Of a stretch of DNA of 64,000 bases, positions 14,102 to 29,302 are shown piece by piece. The number at the start of each line of letters is the position of its first letter. Position 1 is the first letter of the stretch. The stretch spans positions 279,434,001-279,498,000 of the forward strand of contig OZ024743.1 of assembly GCA_964016885.1 (NCBI GenBank), read 5' to 3'. The position numbers and the translations under genes were made by a program. Source of the stretch: Eledone cirrhosa. Lineage: Eukaryota. The notes under the pieces were generated by a model, which made no database searches, was not told where the DNA came from, and saw only the letters and a list, made by a program, of their open reading frames with translations.

Positions 14102-15462
14102 CAGAAATCGAGAGAGTGAGAGAGAAAGAGAGATTCATAAATACAGAGACACAGATGCATTGTTTCATTTGCTGGAATTTAGTCATTGGACTGTGGTTGT
14201 GCAAGGACACCGCCTTGAAAGCTTACAGACAGGAGAACTCTGACGGCCGCGATGACATTCGGATTCTAACATATATAAAATCTCTAGGGGCGTACTCTTA
14301 ACGAAAGTCAAAAATGAAGGGTGCAACGATAATTATGCTTCCAACACAATATCATTCAATCACCATATATTATACATATATTATATAAAATACTTTAGAT
14401 AAAGTATGTTATATGATATATGTATAATAATATTGGTCTCACTATCAATTTCTCCTTCCGACACATATTTCTGCCTACATTCCATTCCCTAACTATTTTA
14501 TTGGCACCCATACACACCAACAAAGCTATTTCCCATCAACATGGAACATATAAAGGCCTCTCTATATCTGTAAATTTATTTGTATGTATCTATGTATGTG
14601 TATATATATATATATATTTATGTGTGTGAATACATTCTGTATATATTAATTTATTTATATATATATTCCCCTGCTATTCTTAATTTCCAGTCTTGTATGA
14701 CAATTTCTTTCAAAGTATCCAGCATTCATCTCGAAGATTCTGCAGTTTCTTATAGACCAACTTGTATTTAAACCTTGACTTTGACGAGGTGGCTGCACGT
14801 ATTTGTTGTGTGTTTGTAATGTACAGAAAGGGGAAGAGAAAGTGTTTCTCTGAACTATAAATGCAGATGTGTAATTATTTGAACATTTGTCTATATATCT
14901 ACACATATGTGTGTTATGTGAGTTTTACGCGATGGATAAATATATGTGTACATATTTGTAACATTATGTGAATAATGTGTGTGAATATATATTTATATGA
15001 GTATGTATGTGACATATATATATATGTGTGTAAATGTATATATATATATATGTTTGTATGTGTGTGTTTTTGTGTTTTTGTGTTTGTGTGTGTTTGTGTG
15101 TGTATAGCCGTTGATGGTTCTTTTCTTTTTCCTGAGATTGACTCAATCAATCAAATGCAGAAATAGAGAAAAAAAAAACAGAGAAAAATATTTTATAACA
15201 ATATTCTATGGGAAGCAAAGCAAATAACCAAATAAAAATAAATAGTAAAACACACATAACAACAACGATAACAACAAAAACAATAACAACCAAATTACGC
15301 ATTAATTCCCACCTGTATTGTCACTAGCGCCGTCGTAGTCGATATGTTGAATACCAGAAAAAAAAAGAAATAGTCGTCATCTTTTTCAAATATGTTTCGA
15401 AGAGAGCTATGTATGAAAAATCTACCGAGACTTCCAAAATGTATATAGACAAGTATTCATAC

Positions 15463-15541
<79 letters not shown>

Positions 15542-15822
15542 ATTATATAGATATAGATATATATATGTGCGTGTGTATGGGGGTGTGTGTGGGTGTGTTA
15601 GGAATAAGTAAATATTTTCAATAGAAGATAGTAGAATATTTCTTTTTATATTATTAGATCACCGATTTGAATTTATTATTGTCCTTGTTGATGTTTTTCT
15701 GTTTTTATTATTATCATTATTATTGTTATTTCCCAAGAAATACTTGGAAACAGCCTCTATATGTCCAAATCCCACATGTATATATATTTTTATATATATA
15801 TTTATATATATATTTATATATA

Positions 15823-15878
<56 letters not shown>

Positions 15879-15942
15879 GATAGAGAGAGCGAGTGAGAGG
15901 AAGAGAGAGAGAAATAGATAGTTAGATAGATAGATAAAAAGT

Positions 15943-16070
<128 letters not shown>

Positions 16071-18041
16071 CATGTGTAGTTGTAATGGACGTGTGTCTCT
16101 GCATGTATTTATGTCTGAACACAGCCATACACATGATGGTATTTTCCTTTGTTCTTTTTATAAATGAGAAAAAAAAACATCGTTCTTCTGCTTCTTATTT
16201 ATTTATTGTCTCATTTCAGTTCGTTGTCCACCTAGTCCCAAGATTCGTTACTGTGTAACATCAAGATGGGGTGTTATGTAGTATGTAATCACTGTCTACA
16301 GCCCTAAGTTTCGATATTCGGTTGAGACTCTTTCACTTCACTTACATCATTAATATCTGTCTGAATAGTTTCTTATCCTTAATGAACACATTCGTGACAG
16401 CCTTCTTCCCTGTAAGCCAACGGACATTTTTCATACAATTTCTTTTCCTTTTCAATACACCAACATCTTGTTTTTATATATGGCAATAAAGCTAGGTCTA
16501 CATAATCTGCTTGAAGCTTTCAATGCTTTCCTTTTGCTTTATTTCGTTGTTCTTATGCAATTCAGTTCCTCTTCGGATTGATTTGTATACACCCGTTACT
16601 AACCACTACTGGCTATGAATCAGTAGAGTCCTTAGTTCGTCAGATGAACTGCTTTGCATTATTCGTTCCGATTTTCTGTGCTCTTGGTTCGCATTGCCGA
16701 GATTAACTTTGCCTTTCAAACTTCGTGGTGGATAAATAGAATACTGGGTTCGACACCTTTACTGTCTTCCTCTCATTCTTCTTTACTCTTTGGAAGAAAT
16801 TGGCTGTGATCTACTCTGCGGAAGGATAGATTCCGTCAGGTTTTTAAATGCTAAAGAAAGGCCTTATGTGACGGCGATATCTCGCCAACATTAAGTGTTC
16901 AAGAAATTTAACATGTAGCTATACTTGTCGTGCTTTTAAATGTAAGAGAACCAAATGTCGAATAGTTTACTGTACATTTTTTAAAACATTACATATTAAA
17001 TATCACAATAATCAAGTAAATATCATCAAAAGTACGAAAGAAACGCTATGCAATCAATTAACAGTCCAAATATAGTAGCTAAATTCCCTTCAATTTACAA
17101 AGTAACATCTTAAGAAAAAGATGCATCAGGTCCACTGAACAAGATAGCATATATCTGAAAATGATATCTGTAAGGTGAAATTTAGAATGGTTTTATAATA
17201 GACCCCTGTTCAATTGGATTCCTTTTAGGGTTAAATAACAGCAACAATAGCGAGAATAATCATAGCAGTAGCAACATCAACAGCATGAAGTTCAAGCATA
17301 CAATCTATAAACACTGGAAAGGAGAAACAAATATATTATATAACAGTATACCACTCAAAAATAAAATGCTTACAGCTGGGACGCCGCTAATTTCAAATAA
17401 TGGTTTCTAAACTAGACACAGTAGTTTTCGAGAGGAGTGGGGATGACGGGTGTATCAACCCTAATACTTGACTGGTGCTTTATTTTATCAAATTGACCTC
17501 GACTGGATTTTAACTCATGCTCTGTTAATATAATAGAGAAGGTTCGGCACTGACCAACTTGCTATATATTTCAACATAACGAGATATGGAATATCCTGTA
17601 TGTTGGACCTATTATTTATAAATTATATAGTTGCTGGTGAACGGTCTTGACTTTGGTGTATGAGGTTAATCCGGATTTGTTATTGAGATTCTACGAATCA
17701 CTCTGTGTGATGGTTTGTTACGTTGGATATTATGTTATTGCGATCCCTGAACAATGGAAAAATTCGATATAGACAGGGTTGGAGTGCATTTACTTATAGC
17801 TCGGAGTGGACTTTATCTGAAGCTGAACAGGAGCAACAACAGAATCATTAACATACCCATCACAATTTACACGAACATCACCAACACAACAAATGCAATT
17901 GCAATCTTTATCACCACTAACAAAACTATCACTAACACAACTAATACAATAGCCATTACCTTCAGCACCAGCACCCCTATTGTCTTTCACTGTCATCATC
18001 AACACTTACTATTATACCAGTATTATTATTATCACCAACAA

Positions 18042-18220
18042 GGCGGTGGATTGGCAATATCGGTAGAGGGTCCGACGCCATGCTTTGACACCCTTGCCAT
18101 TCTGAGTTCAAATCGCGCCGGGGTTAACTTTGCCTTTCATCCTTACGCGGTCGATAAAATAAAGTACCAGTAATGCACTGAGTAATTGCTGGCCTTGTGC
18201 CAAAAGTAGAAACAATTATT
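18042..18220 (+). mobile_element. tRNA-derived SINE
   Basis: Close match to 54277-54462. Confidence 0.85.
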
Positions 18221-19753
18221 ATCACCAATAACATCTCAGCAACTAATAACCCTATCATTTCCACCAGCATCATCACCGCTATTACTACCACTGCCACCAC
18301 TACTACAACAACCAGCACCATCACTATCACCATTATATATCATCATCATCATCAGCAACGCTACAAATACTATCATCCCACCCACAGCCACCAACAGTAC
18401 TATCATTATCACTAACGTCAACTATTCACCTTCACACCCACTACTATTAGTACCATCACCATCGCTATCACCATTTAGCGCCAACTCCACAAATATTATC
18501 ACCGACATCTCCCCACCTAGTAGTACTATCACCACAACACCATAATCATCACAAACTTCAACACTAATATTACTATTATTATCCCCAATACCACCATCTA
18601 AACCAACACCACTACCACTGCAATAGCTCAACTACGAAGACCACCACGATCATTATTACTACTGTTACCAACAACACCAATACAACCGGCGTCATCGCCT
18701 ACATCACTACAGCAGTATCACCACTAAGAGCATTATCATCATCTCGACCACCACTAGTACTTTCACTATTGTCACGATCAATACCAATGCCAACATCATC
18801 GCCACTATCATATGCTCCACCATCATCTCCACCACTAGCAACACCATCACAAACATCGCCACAACCACCAACAACACTACACCCACCACCATCGCCACCA
18901 TTATCACCATTCTCGCAAGCATTATTACTACTGTCGCCAATAACAAAAAATACCATTAGCACCAACACCTGCATCACTAACACTACCATTATTATCAACA
19001 ATACCACCACCATCCACCAACACTACCACAACTACCACTATCACTACTGTCACCACTTCCGATGCAAGGTCTGAGTAAGTACGTGTCAATATTGAAAGAG
19101 TTTGCATACGAGAGAAAATAATACAACAAAAACAACCAAAACAAAAACGAATACGAAATAACGTAATATTAAACAAGCAAAACAAAAACAAAGAAAACAC
19201 ATGAAACAGGAAGAGTTTAAGGCGAAAGGCAAACAAGAGTTCAAAGGTTTGAAAAACTTATTAGATCTCTTGTCTCGTAAGCATAGACGTAAATATATTA
19301 TGTTCAACAAGTGTTCACACGTTTAGAGAGACAGGGAGAGAGGGAGGGAATGAGGGAGAGAAAAAGAGAGGCGAGGGGAGTGAAAGAAAGAGAGAGAGTG
19401 AGACAGAGAAAAATACAGCGAGATGGTAAACAGATTTAGGGAGAGGGAAGAGAAAAGAGAGTTGAAGGGGAGAGAAAAGCTGAGTGAGAAGAAATTAATC
19501 CCCAAATACACGCACGTATAGACAGATGCACTTGTCTATGTGAGCGATTGCACCAACATATAGGAAATACGCACATAAAGACTCTTACATACATACTCAC
19601 ATGCCGACGCTTTTCTGTCAACTTATATGAAATCGAAAAACATACAGACATATATTTATACGTTAGCATTGTCACATATGTGAATACACATATAGAGACA
19701 CGAATACATACACATACATACACACACATATATATATATATATAAATATATCT

Positions 19754-19835
<82 letters not shown>

Positions 19836-20033
19836 ATACATATGTATATATATATATACGTACATATATATATATATATGTGTGTGTGCGTGTGTGTGTG
19901 TGCATGTATATATATGCATCTAGACATTTTACACTGACATATAGATAACAGGAGACGTTCGTACATCCATATGTACACATTTGACGCCAATATATACAGA
20001 AATGCATGCACACAAATATTCATACACACACAT

Positions 20034-20071
<38 letters not shown>

Positions 20072-20082
20072 GTACGCAGCCA

Positions 20083-20143
<61 letters not shown>

Positions 20144-20145
<2 letters not shown>

Positions 20146-21530
20146 CCATCATTCGTCTTTTAAATACAAACTTAAAAGAACCAACACGGCTCTCTCAGAA
20201 CTCATGTGGTCCTTGAAAGACAAAAACATTAAATATAGCATCTTTTGGAAGAAGGTTTCTTCTGCGTCTACATACTTGAACAGTTCTCTATCTAAAATCT
20301 GCAATCTCTGTCTAAATGAAAAATTTACCATTATCTCTAATCTAGATTCTATAATAAATAGACGCACTGACTTGTTTTCTATCTGCTTGCATAAATTCCA
20401 TAAAACATTTCACAAAGTATACAGCTAATATTCAATTCTTTATCAATTTAGAATCTTTTTCTCAAAGGCACATATATATACACTTCTTTTAAAAATATAC
20501 CCATCTTTCTACCTTATTTCAAAGGTTATTATACATTCTATAATACTTGTTTACTCATTACTCTTACTCTATATCACCTTGTAAAATCCTTCGTAAACAT
20601 ATACATTTTTTTTGACGCTAGATTATTCATCCTCAATTCATTATTCTTTTCTCCCTATCATCTAACTCATTATTCTCAATACATATTAACATTTTCTTTT
20701 TCTTCGCACATATTATCAAATCCTTCAATATACAAACCTTAACTTTACATTATTTTTCTCAAATCCTTCAATATACAAACCTTAACTTTACATTATTTTT
20801 CTCTTCGTTAATTTTCAAATTTCTATAATACTTGTTGACTCTTTCTACATCACCCATATTTATCACTTCCTTTTCTTCTCTAACCCCTAATCTGTACCTT
20901 TCTCACTCTTGCCTAACATAGAATCAATTATTACATAATACAACACATTCTTACTCTATATCACCTTATAAAAATCCTTCGTAAACATATACATTATTTT
21001 TGACGTTAGAATATTCATCCGCAATTCATTATCTTTTCTCCCTATCATCTAACTCATTATTCTCAATACATATTAACTCCTTCTCTTTCTGCGCACATAT
21101 TTTTCTCTTCGTTAATTTTCAAATTCTTTTAATTTATACATTATCTTCCAACGGTTTTCAACCTCTCTATGTAAGACAATATATCTTTCTCAGTTATAAA
21201 AACTATCTCTCTCTCTCTATCACCCATCTCTCCTCCTATCTCATCCTTCCTCACTATACTCCTCCCTCTCCACCTTCACTCTCATCTCCTCCTCTTTTTT
21301 CATCCCCCCCCCCTCTAAATAAAATATTTTCCCCAATATCACACATCAATCTAAAACTACTTCTCATATGTTGATTTAAAACTGAACTATCCACAAGTGT
21401 TTTTTAGCCTTCATATCATGTCCTCCTGTTTTATCTGATGAAAACACAAATATTATTGCATGATGATATTTGTTTTTGAAATGCGCATAATAAAATACAT
21501 GGAACTCCTTTAACCATCTTTTGTTCTTAT
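20144..21530 (+). mobile_element. 5'-truncated Penelope-like (Naiad-like) element: GIY-YIG C-terminus, 3' UTR and HHR
   Basis: 20144-20428 reads HHSSFK...TALSELMWSLKDKNIKYSIFWKKV...CNLCLNEKFTII...INRRTDLFSICLH, homologous to the C-terminus of the 57334-58269 ORF. The pyrimidine-rich UTR has an internal duplication. Both flanks are (TA)n. Confidence 0.8.
21426..21498 (+). ncRNA. Type I hammerhead ribozyme
   Basis: GTTTTAT-CTGATGA-AAACACAAATATTAT...GATATTTGTTTTT-GAAA-TGCGCA-TA-ATAAAAT; palindromic stem III ATGCGCAT. Confidence 0.85.
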
Positions 21531-21643
21531 ATATTATATATTTATATATATATATACATACATATATATATATCAAGATAAGCAGAACAAGTAAAATTCT
21601 ACCAATTTTTCAAAATAAATCAAAATCAATATACAATTATATG

Positions 21644-21733
<90 letters not shown>

Positions 21734-21773
21734 TTCAAAATATTAACAAAATATATATTCTTGTGATCAAGTA

Positions 21774-21840
21774 TATTTTATTATACATATTTCAGAGGTA
21801 CTGAGTTAAGTTCAACAGTACGTTCTCATCAGATAAAATA
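21774..21840 (-). ncRNA. Type I hammerhead ribozyme
   Basis: Minus strand: TATTTTAT-CTGATGA-gaacGTACTG..CAGTACctct-GAAA-TATGTA-TA-ATAAAATA. Confidence 0.75.
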
Positions 21841-21895
21841 AGGTGATGTATGACATACCCGGACATAGTAGCTGGTTAAGATTCAGTCATGGTAG

Positions 21896-21932
<37 letters not shown>

Positions 21933-22204
21933 CGAAGGAAATGTGGTAGGGAACCATATGGACCATAACGCACCAATGTACTCAATACTTAGGGTAGTAG
22001 AGTGGGTAATAGGAACTCCTATATATATATATACTTATACATATATATTTATATTTACCTACATACGCCTCCACCTACGTCATTCCTATCACATAGCATC
22101 AGACTTAATAAGATCTTTACGAAACCGCAGCTACAGAAAGACAACTTGTCAAAATACACACACGATTTTATGCGTATATTGTGCATGATATATATATATA
22201 TATG

Positions 22205-22301
<97 letters not shown>

Positions 22302-22328
22302 GTATAGATATTTATATAGATATACATT

Positions 22329-22850
22329 ATTGTTATACTTTGGGAGGGTCATGTTGCCAATAAGAAACACACGCACCAATAACTTTCACTTCATTATAAT
22401 ACATTTATAAATTTAGGAATTTATAAATTTCCGGTTGGTTGGTTGGTTCCACAACCAGATGATTGTTTATATATTGTCAAAGTTCTTTCATCACACATTA
22501 TGTGACCTCTTCAGTGACTGGGGATTCTTTTCTTTGTTTTTGTGTCTCTCCTTTGTTCTGTCCTACGCCATCTTGTTTCTGTGTGTGGTCACAGAATGAA
22601 GAGGTCACAGAATGTGTGACGGAAGAACTTTGACAATATATAAACAATCATCTGGTTGTGGAACTAACCAACCAACCAGAAATTTATAAATTCCTAAATT
22701 TATAAATTTATTATAATAAATTGAAGTGAAAGTGACTGGTGCGTGTCTTTCTTATTGGCAACATGACCCTCCCAAAGTATAACAATATCGGTTTCAACAC
22801 ACGTTTTCAGATAAAGAATCTTGCTAAACAAATTCAGAAACGAAATATAT
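22329..22850. mobile_element. Fold-back pLTR-like element with HHR-like motif (22476-22518, -)
   Basis: About 185-bp inverted repeat (22329-22513 with 22598-22786). Minus strand reads GTCA-CTGAAGA-GGTCACA..TGTGTGAT-GAAA...TGAC. Same family at 32345-32553. Confidence 0.65.
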
Positions 22851-22955
22851 ACATTATATTATATTATATATATATGTATATATATATATATTTATATATA
22901 TATATGTATGTGTGTGTATGTATATACATATACATACATACAAATATATATGTAC

Positions 22956-22987
<32 letters not shown>

Positions 22988-22992
22988 GTATA

Positions 22993-23050
<58 letters not shown>

Positions 23051-23118
23051 TATATTTGTATGTATGTATATATATATACATATACATACATACAAATATA
23101 TATGTACATATATATATA

Positions 23119-23159
<41 letters not shown>

Positions 23160-23243
23160 GTATATATATATATATATAATATAATTGTTTCTACTTTTGG
23201 CACAAGGCCACCAATTATCCCAGTGTATTACTGGTATAATACA

Positions 23244-23560
<317 letters not shown>

Positions 23561-23571
23561 TATATATATAT

Positions 23572-24424
23572 ATATAAAAGTTTACACATATATATACATA
23601 CACATACATATACGTGTTTTGCAATTGGTCACTTTGTGGCTCAATGAAAAATTAATAAGTTAAACAATCACAGCTATATATCATAAAACATGTCTACAGA
23701 ATCACAAGATAAAATATATACTATTTCCTCTCCCAATTAGCATAATTAACTATATAAAAAATCGAATAGACCAGGCTATACTAATGAGGCTTCTATGAAG
23801 GAATCTCCGACAAATAACCAAAACTAGCGCTTCGCGTCGGCCGTAGCGGAATATTTATCGAATATTTCGACAGCGTAATCGCCTAGATACAGTCAACGAA
23901 GCAGAATTAGGTTTAAAATAAACTAGGAGAAAATAGAATACATTTAAATACCTCTACCATGGTTTCGTCCGTGTTTTGAGTTTTCCAATAATTATGTAAT
24001 AATTATATAAACTCGAGCGCCAGATTCTTCAGGAAGCTCGCTCATATCTAGACATTAAATTTTCCAAAACGATCGCGCCAAGAATTCATTTCAAAATGGT
24101 TAAAAATCGTGACGTAGTCGCGGTCAAGTTAGAAGGGGTGTGGTAGTTGCTTACGACTGGTGGCATTTTTGCTAGAAAGCACAGCACAATACAGCCAAAT
24201 TTGTATCTCAACCTTGTGGGAGATTATTACATATAAAAGTTTACATATATATATACATACACATACATATACGTGTTTTGCAACTGGTCACTTTGTGGCT
24301 CAATGAAAAATTAATAAATTAAACAATCAGAGCTATATATCATAAAACATGTCTATAGAACTTTTATATGTAATAATCTCCCACTAGGTTGAGATACAAA
24401 TTTGGCTGTATTGTGCTGTGCTTT
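23572..24424 (-). mobile_element. pLTR/retrozyme-like element: ~660-bp unit, partial tandem copy and short inverted cap
   Basis: 23572-23700 is repeated at 24231-24360, and 24361-24424 is an inverted copy of about 24177-24240. A diverged homolog lies at 38630-39190 (+). Confidence 0.7.
23950..24037 (-). ncRNA. Type I hammerhead with long stem II insert
   Basis: Minus strand: GCTTC-CTGAAGA-ATCTG...(about 50 nt)...CGGAC-GAAA-CCATGG-TA-GAGGT; palindrome ACCATGGT. Confidence 0.7.
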
Positions 24425-27400
24425 ATGCTGTCATATGTGGTGCATGTATATATATATACAGCGACAGAGAGAGGTGTTTTAGTTTACATATTATTCAATA
24501 CAGATAGATGTAAAGTATGAATAATTATTTCTGTGCTGAAATTACTCACTATATACTCTGAGTTTCAAAAATATCTTTATTTACCTATTGTCTCAGCACT
24601 CATTCCTATATGCATACATAAGGATATACTCATATTTGTGTGTGTATGTGTGTGTATGTGTGTGTGAGTGCATATGAATCTGTGTGTGTATTAATCACTT
24701 CATGTATATACACATATATCAGCAAATGTAATATAATACTACATTTAAGTTTGTGTACAATATTCATTATTTGTGTGATTCTTGTTTTCGCGACCTATGT
24801 GTTTAAATATGTATATTGATATGAAAGGAAATGAAAAGTGAACGTGGCAGAAGCAGAGCGATGTAGTGAGGCGTGGTGAGATGGATGCAGGCGTTGTAGA
24901 GAGGTTGTAATGGGAGGTGGTAGTGAAATAAACGACAAAAGGAAATTTAATAAAATTCATAACTCTTACAGCCACTGCTCAGCTGCAGGTTCTATCAATG
25001 ACGTCTATGAATTATACATAAATGACAATAGTCTCTTAATCAGTAAGTAATGTTTATCAGCAGAATAATTGAAAATACTACGATTTACAATGTCGACCAA
25101 CGGTATGGTGTTAATCCAGGGGATTTTGAAGGTTTCAATTATTTTGGATGGCTGTTAGTTGTGGTTTTCTGTAGTTTTATAGCACTAAGTCAAACCTGAA
25201 CGAGAAGCCTGTGATTTGGCAGAAGTGTTAGATTGTCGGGGTAAATGTTTTATAGTATTTGTTCAAGCACAGCCTTTTGTGTTCAAATCGTACCGAAGTG
25301 AACGTTGCATTATATCGGTTCGTTGAGACTAAAATGACGTATCAGTCCTAGACAAAGTATTGGCTGACACCATTGTTGAGCCTCTGAGTTCAAATTCAGC
25401 CTCCTGCTAGTGGATACTGTATGATGTGACAGAATTTGGGCCACTATCATTAAAATGAAGAAATCTCTCATGAGATGCTAATTGATAAGAGACTGGTGAA
25501 ACTTACACAGTTGTGGGCCATTTCAACAACAGCAACCCTGATTGAGTATACCTATTATCAAAGACGTTGCAGCTATAACAATCTCATACTCGGTTTTTAT
25601 TCACACAGTTTAACTTGGATTTCATAGTGAAATATGTTCGTTTTAAGTCTCTAAGGTTTGGTTGTGTTGTTGTTGGTCATGTGCAGAGGATTGGACTGTA
25701 TTGTCAGTCAAACAGTGCTGTCTGTATCATATGCGAACGTATGAGTAGAAGACAAAGAAGACGAGTAGATTGATGAATAGAATGATTGGGAGAATAGCAG
25801 GCAAGCATGAAACACGGAAGCTGTAGTTAGGTTGTAGGGGCAATAGACGGCGATCTTGAAGTTGTTAATTGGTTCATTCATTTGCATCTCCAAGGATGTC
25901 ATCTAATACATCAAGTGACAACTTTTATTGAATCTCATGTCCCAACATTTCTTTCCTGCTGGAAACAAAAGAATTGCTATGAAACATAACCCTGATTCAG
26001 TTAGCTAATTCCCTGCAGACATCAAGCATACTTACTAATGCGTCCTCCCGTTACAGTAAAAATGCTTTTTTTTATTTTCAGAAACACTAAAGACATGATA
26101 GTTTCTCGTAGTACATAATCCTATAACCAAAGTGAAATATTAAGTGTCACAATTTATTAGTAAAATAAATGATGTGTAAATATTCAAGTACTCATTGTAT
26201 TCGCCCCACAGGTTCTGTAGAAATGTCAAATCTGTTTATTTAAATAGAAATGTGTCCCAATTTACATTTGATGGGAAATTTATAAGCTTATATTTTAAAT
26301 AAAAATTTCATCAGTGGCTAAGCTCCTTTATCTATAAATGTATTTGGTTTGCATTCCGAACAAACAACATTCGTATGATATAGCTGATTCCAGCCCACTC
26401 TCAAACAATCAGCTTCAGAATAGCTCCCAGGTTCCTTTGATTCCTTCTCCTCTTCATGAAAACATAATGAGTGACTAGATGTTGATATTAACGTCACTGC
26501 ATCAACATGAATGTTACGTTCCTTCATGTACGTTACTTGAACATGAATTATGAAGTATTCAATACATTCATGAAGTAGATTCTACATTAGTGCCAGCCAA
26601 CTCTGTCTCTTCGAGTATTCTAGGAAACAGTGTCCTCGTTAGAAACGATTTATTTTATTCCCTTGGAATACCCGAATTGCCACATCCGCTTTCATACTTT
26701 TACTTTCCCTCATCTATCTATTATTATTTTTGTTGTTGCTCATAAAATGTTTTCTACCACTTTATGCTGTTTCCTTTTTTTAAGGATCCGTATTTGGTCA
26801 TAAAGTATATGTATAGAAAAAGAAAGCTTGTCTGGATAGGCACAATAATGTATAGGGTTAATGGTTTCAGTTGGAACTGAACTTCATTTCATACCCACTG
26901 TAATACAGGTAATGGTACGATAATAAATATAAAGTTCTCCTTCATTCAGCAAAAAGATATTATTTCCAGAGAGAAGAAAAGCGATTGGCAGAGAGGATGA
27001 ATGATTTTTCAGAACTGATAGATTATATTATATATCACTTGTCGAGAGGCAAATAAAATAAAATTATTTATCATATAATTTCTATGAAACGAATATAAAA
27101 GTATGTCATAATATTTCTATGAAACGATATAAAAGTATGTCATAACATTTCCACGATAGATAAATCACCTCCCCCAATCACACACACGGCAAGATGTATA
27201 TAAAATAAAATGAAAATATTTTAGGAAAATAAGTATCAAAGTCAATCATTTGATTTTCAGAAACACGCCACATACATATACTTTCACACAATTGCTGGAA
27301 TATGGCAAAAGTGAATTGTGGTTCAAGCTATTATTGAAGTTCAAGGTCAAAGCGTGTCAGGCACATACATACATTCATACACTCATACTGCGTTATTTTA

Positions 27401-27957
27401 ATAATATAGTTATAATAATGATATTATCGGATTATGGTATTATATAAGTCTACATCTGAGAAATTTCCTGAAAGTATTGTTCTGTACAATCATGTGAGTA
27501 TATATGAGACAAGTATATACGATGTGTTCGTAAGAGTGCGTGATATCTGTTCGCGGAAGTTTGTCTATGTATTAGTGTATGTGTGTGCTTGTATGTGTAT
27601 GTTAATGCCTATTTTCAGCGTATGCATGCATATATAGCGCAACTTTTATTACGAGTATGTTTGTTTTGCATGTTGATGAACTCATGTTACGTTGGTATAT
27701 CTACTAACATCATGGTTGTTGTATATCTGTAAATATATCTATATATATGCTAGTTGTACAGTATACAATAACTAACTCATACTTATTTATTGTATATGCG
27801 AAATTGTATTGACAATAAATATGTCTATGTGTATTTATAAATTTGTTTTGCTGTTTACGAGCATAAAAATGTGCGTATGTCCGTATATGACTAAATATTC
27901 CAGTAATTTTTTCAATGTGTCAAATATGTACGAATGCATGAGAGAAAGTGGGTATGG

Positions 27958-28049
<92 letters not shown>

Positions 28050-28439
28050 GTGTATAAACATACATATATATATATGTGTATATATACTTTATATATGGAA
28101 GGGCGTATGTATGTCCATGTGAGTGTATACGGAAACGTTTTCATTTTTGAATGCGTGTGTGTCTTCGTGACAACGATGAATGTTAAATTGTTTTGGCTAG
28201 CAATTTAGAACATTCAAACGAAGAGTGGGCTGTGCCAGTGCAATAGAGAAGTACACGATTTATTTAGTGTCTCAATATAGATACATACACACATATATTT
28301 ATATATATCTACATTCAAATAAACATATAGATATACATAAAGATATGGATAATAAATTCGACTCTATCACATGTATGGAGTTACCATACTAATAATTGTT
28401 TGTAGCTATTTAAAAACCAATAAATCTAACTGAAAGTTA

Positions 28440-28623
28440 AACTAATATAATTCACCACATAACATAGAAGTGGCCAAGAACCTTGCCAAGATTTTCCTAG
28501 CTCTAATCAGACATCCTTTTTTACTCATGAACAAATAAAATAAAATGTTTAATTCTCAATGATTTTAAGCTAAGACCAGCTTATCCTGTATACACAATAT
28601 CGACTCTCATATCAAACATTACA

Positions 28624-28625
<2 letters not shown>
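28440..28625 (+). pseudogene. Decayed Penelope-like (Naiad-like) coding remnant
   Basis: Reads YNSPHNIEVAKNLAKIFLALI...KMFN...SLSCIHNIDSHI with frameshifts, matching YFNPPYNQEVLTNIPRSFFSIL...IFN...LSFSTTPDISSHL in the 57334 ORF. Confidence 0.5.
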
Positions 28626-28705
<80 letters not shown>

Positions 28706-28713
<8 letters not shown>

Positions 28714-28998
28714 CGTATTTCTAAAGAAACACGGTATGTTTACAGGAACATTTAGGAAGCCGTAGCTATCTAAACACCGGAGCTGCGCCCTCTGGTGGTG
28801 TCCAGCAGAAGCAGGGGGACAACCGGTGGGAGGGATCGTCCTGATGAAGGCCAATCAAGCCTGAAATGCATAGACGGTTGTCCCCTCTTGCTTCTGCTGG
28901 ACACCAGCAGAAAGCGTTAGCCCCGGTGTTTGCATAGCTACGGCTTCCTAAATGTTTCCTGTAAACGTACTGTTTTTCTTTAGAAATACGAAATCTCT
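28706..28998. mobile_element. Fold-back element with ~120-bp arms enclosing a hammerhead
   Basis: 28706-28825 is an imperfect inverted repeat of 28875-28998. Confidence 0.8.
28835..28878 (+). ncRNA. Minimal type I hammerhead ribozyme
   Basis: ATCGTC-CTGATGA-AGGC caatcaa GCCT-GAAA-TGCA-TA-GACGGT; palindrome ATGCAT. Confidence 0.88.
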
Positions 28999-29030
28999 AT
29001 ACATATCTGTATATGCTTGAAACGAAATCC

Positions 29031-29061
<31 letters not shown>

Positions 29062-29302
29062 TCGCCTGTTTCAGATTCCATCAGAGATCAGTGGAAGCAC
29101 TGTCATGATTACAGCCAGAGAGCCAGAAATGCGTTGGCAGTTGTCCCTCGCTGCATCTGCTGGACTACGCCAGACGGTACTAGTCGTCAGCTAGTTAATA
29201 TTCATAGTTAGATGCTTTCCAAATGTTTATTCGTAAATATGCCTTGTATCATTAGATATACAAAATTCTCATACTGATGTGCATACATCTATGTCGGATT
29301 GA

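Noticed and set aside
17840-19070. Mucin-like Thr/Pro/His-rich ORFs
   Set aside because: Decayed (CAC/CAT/TAC)n repeats interrupted by a SINE, with stops in all frames.
25700-26700. Possible exon or old transposase remnants on the - strand
   Set aside because: Short ORFs with no recognisable motif or splice support.
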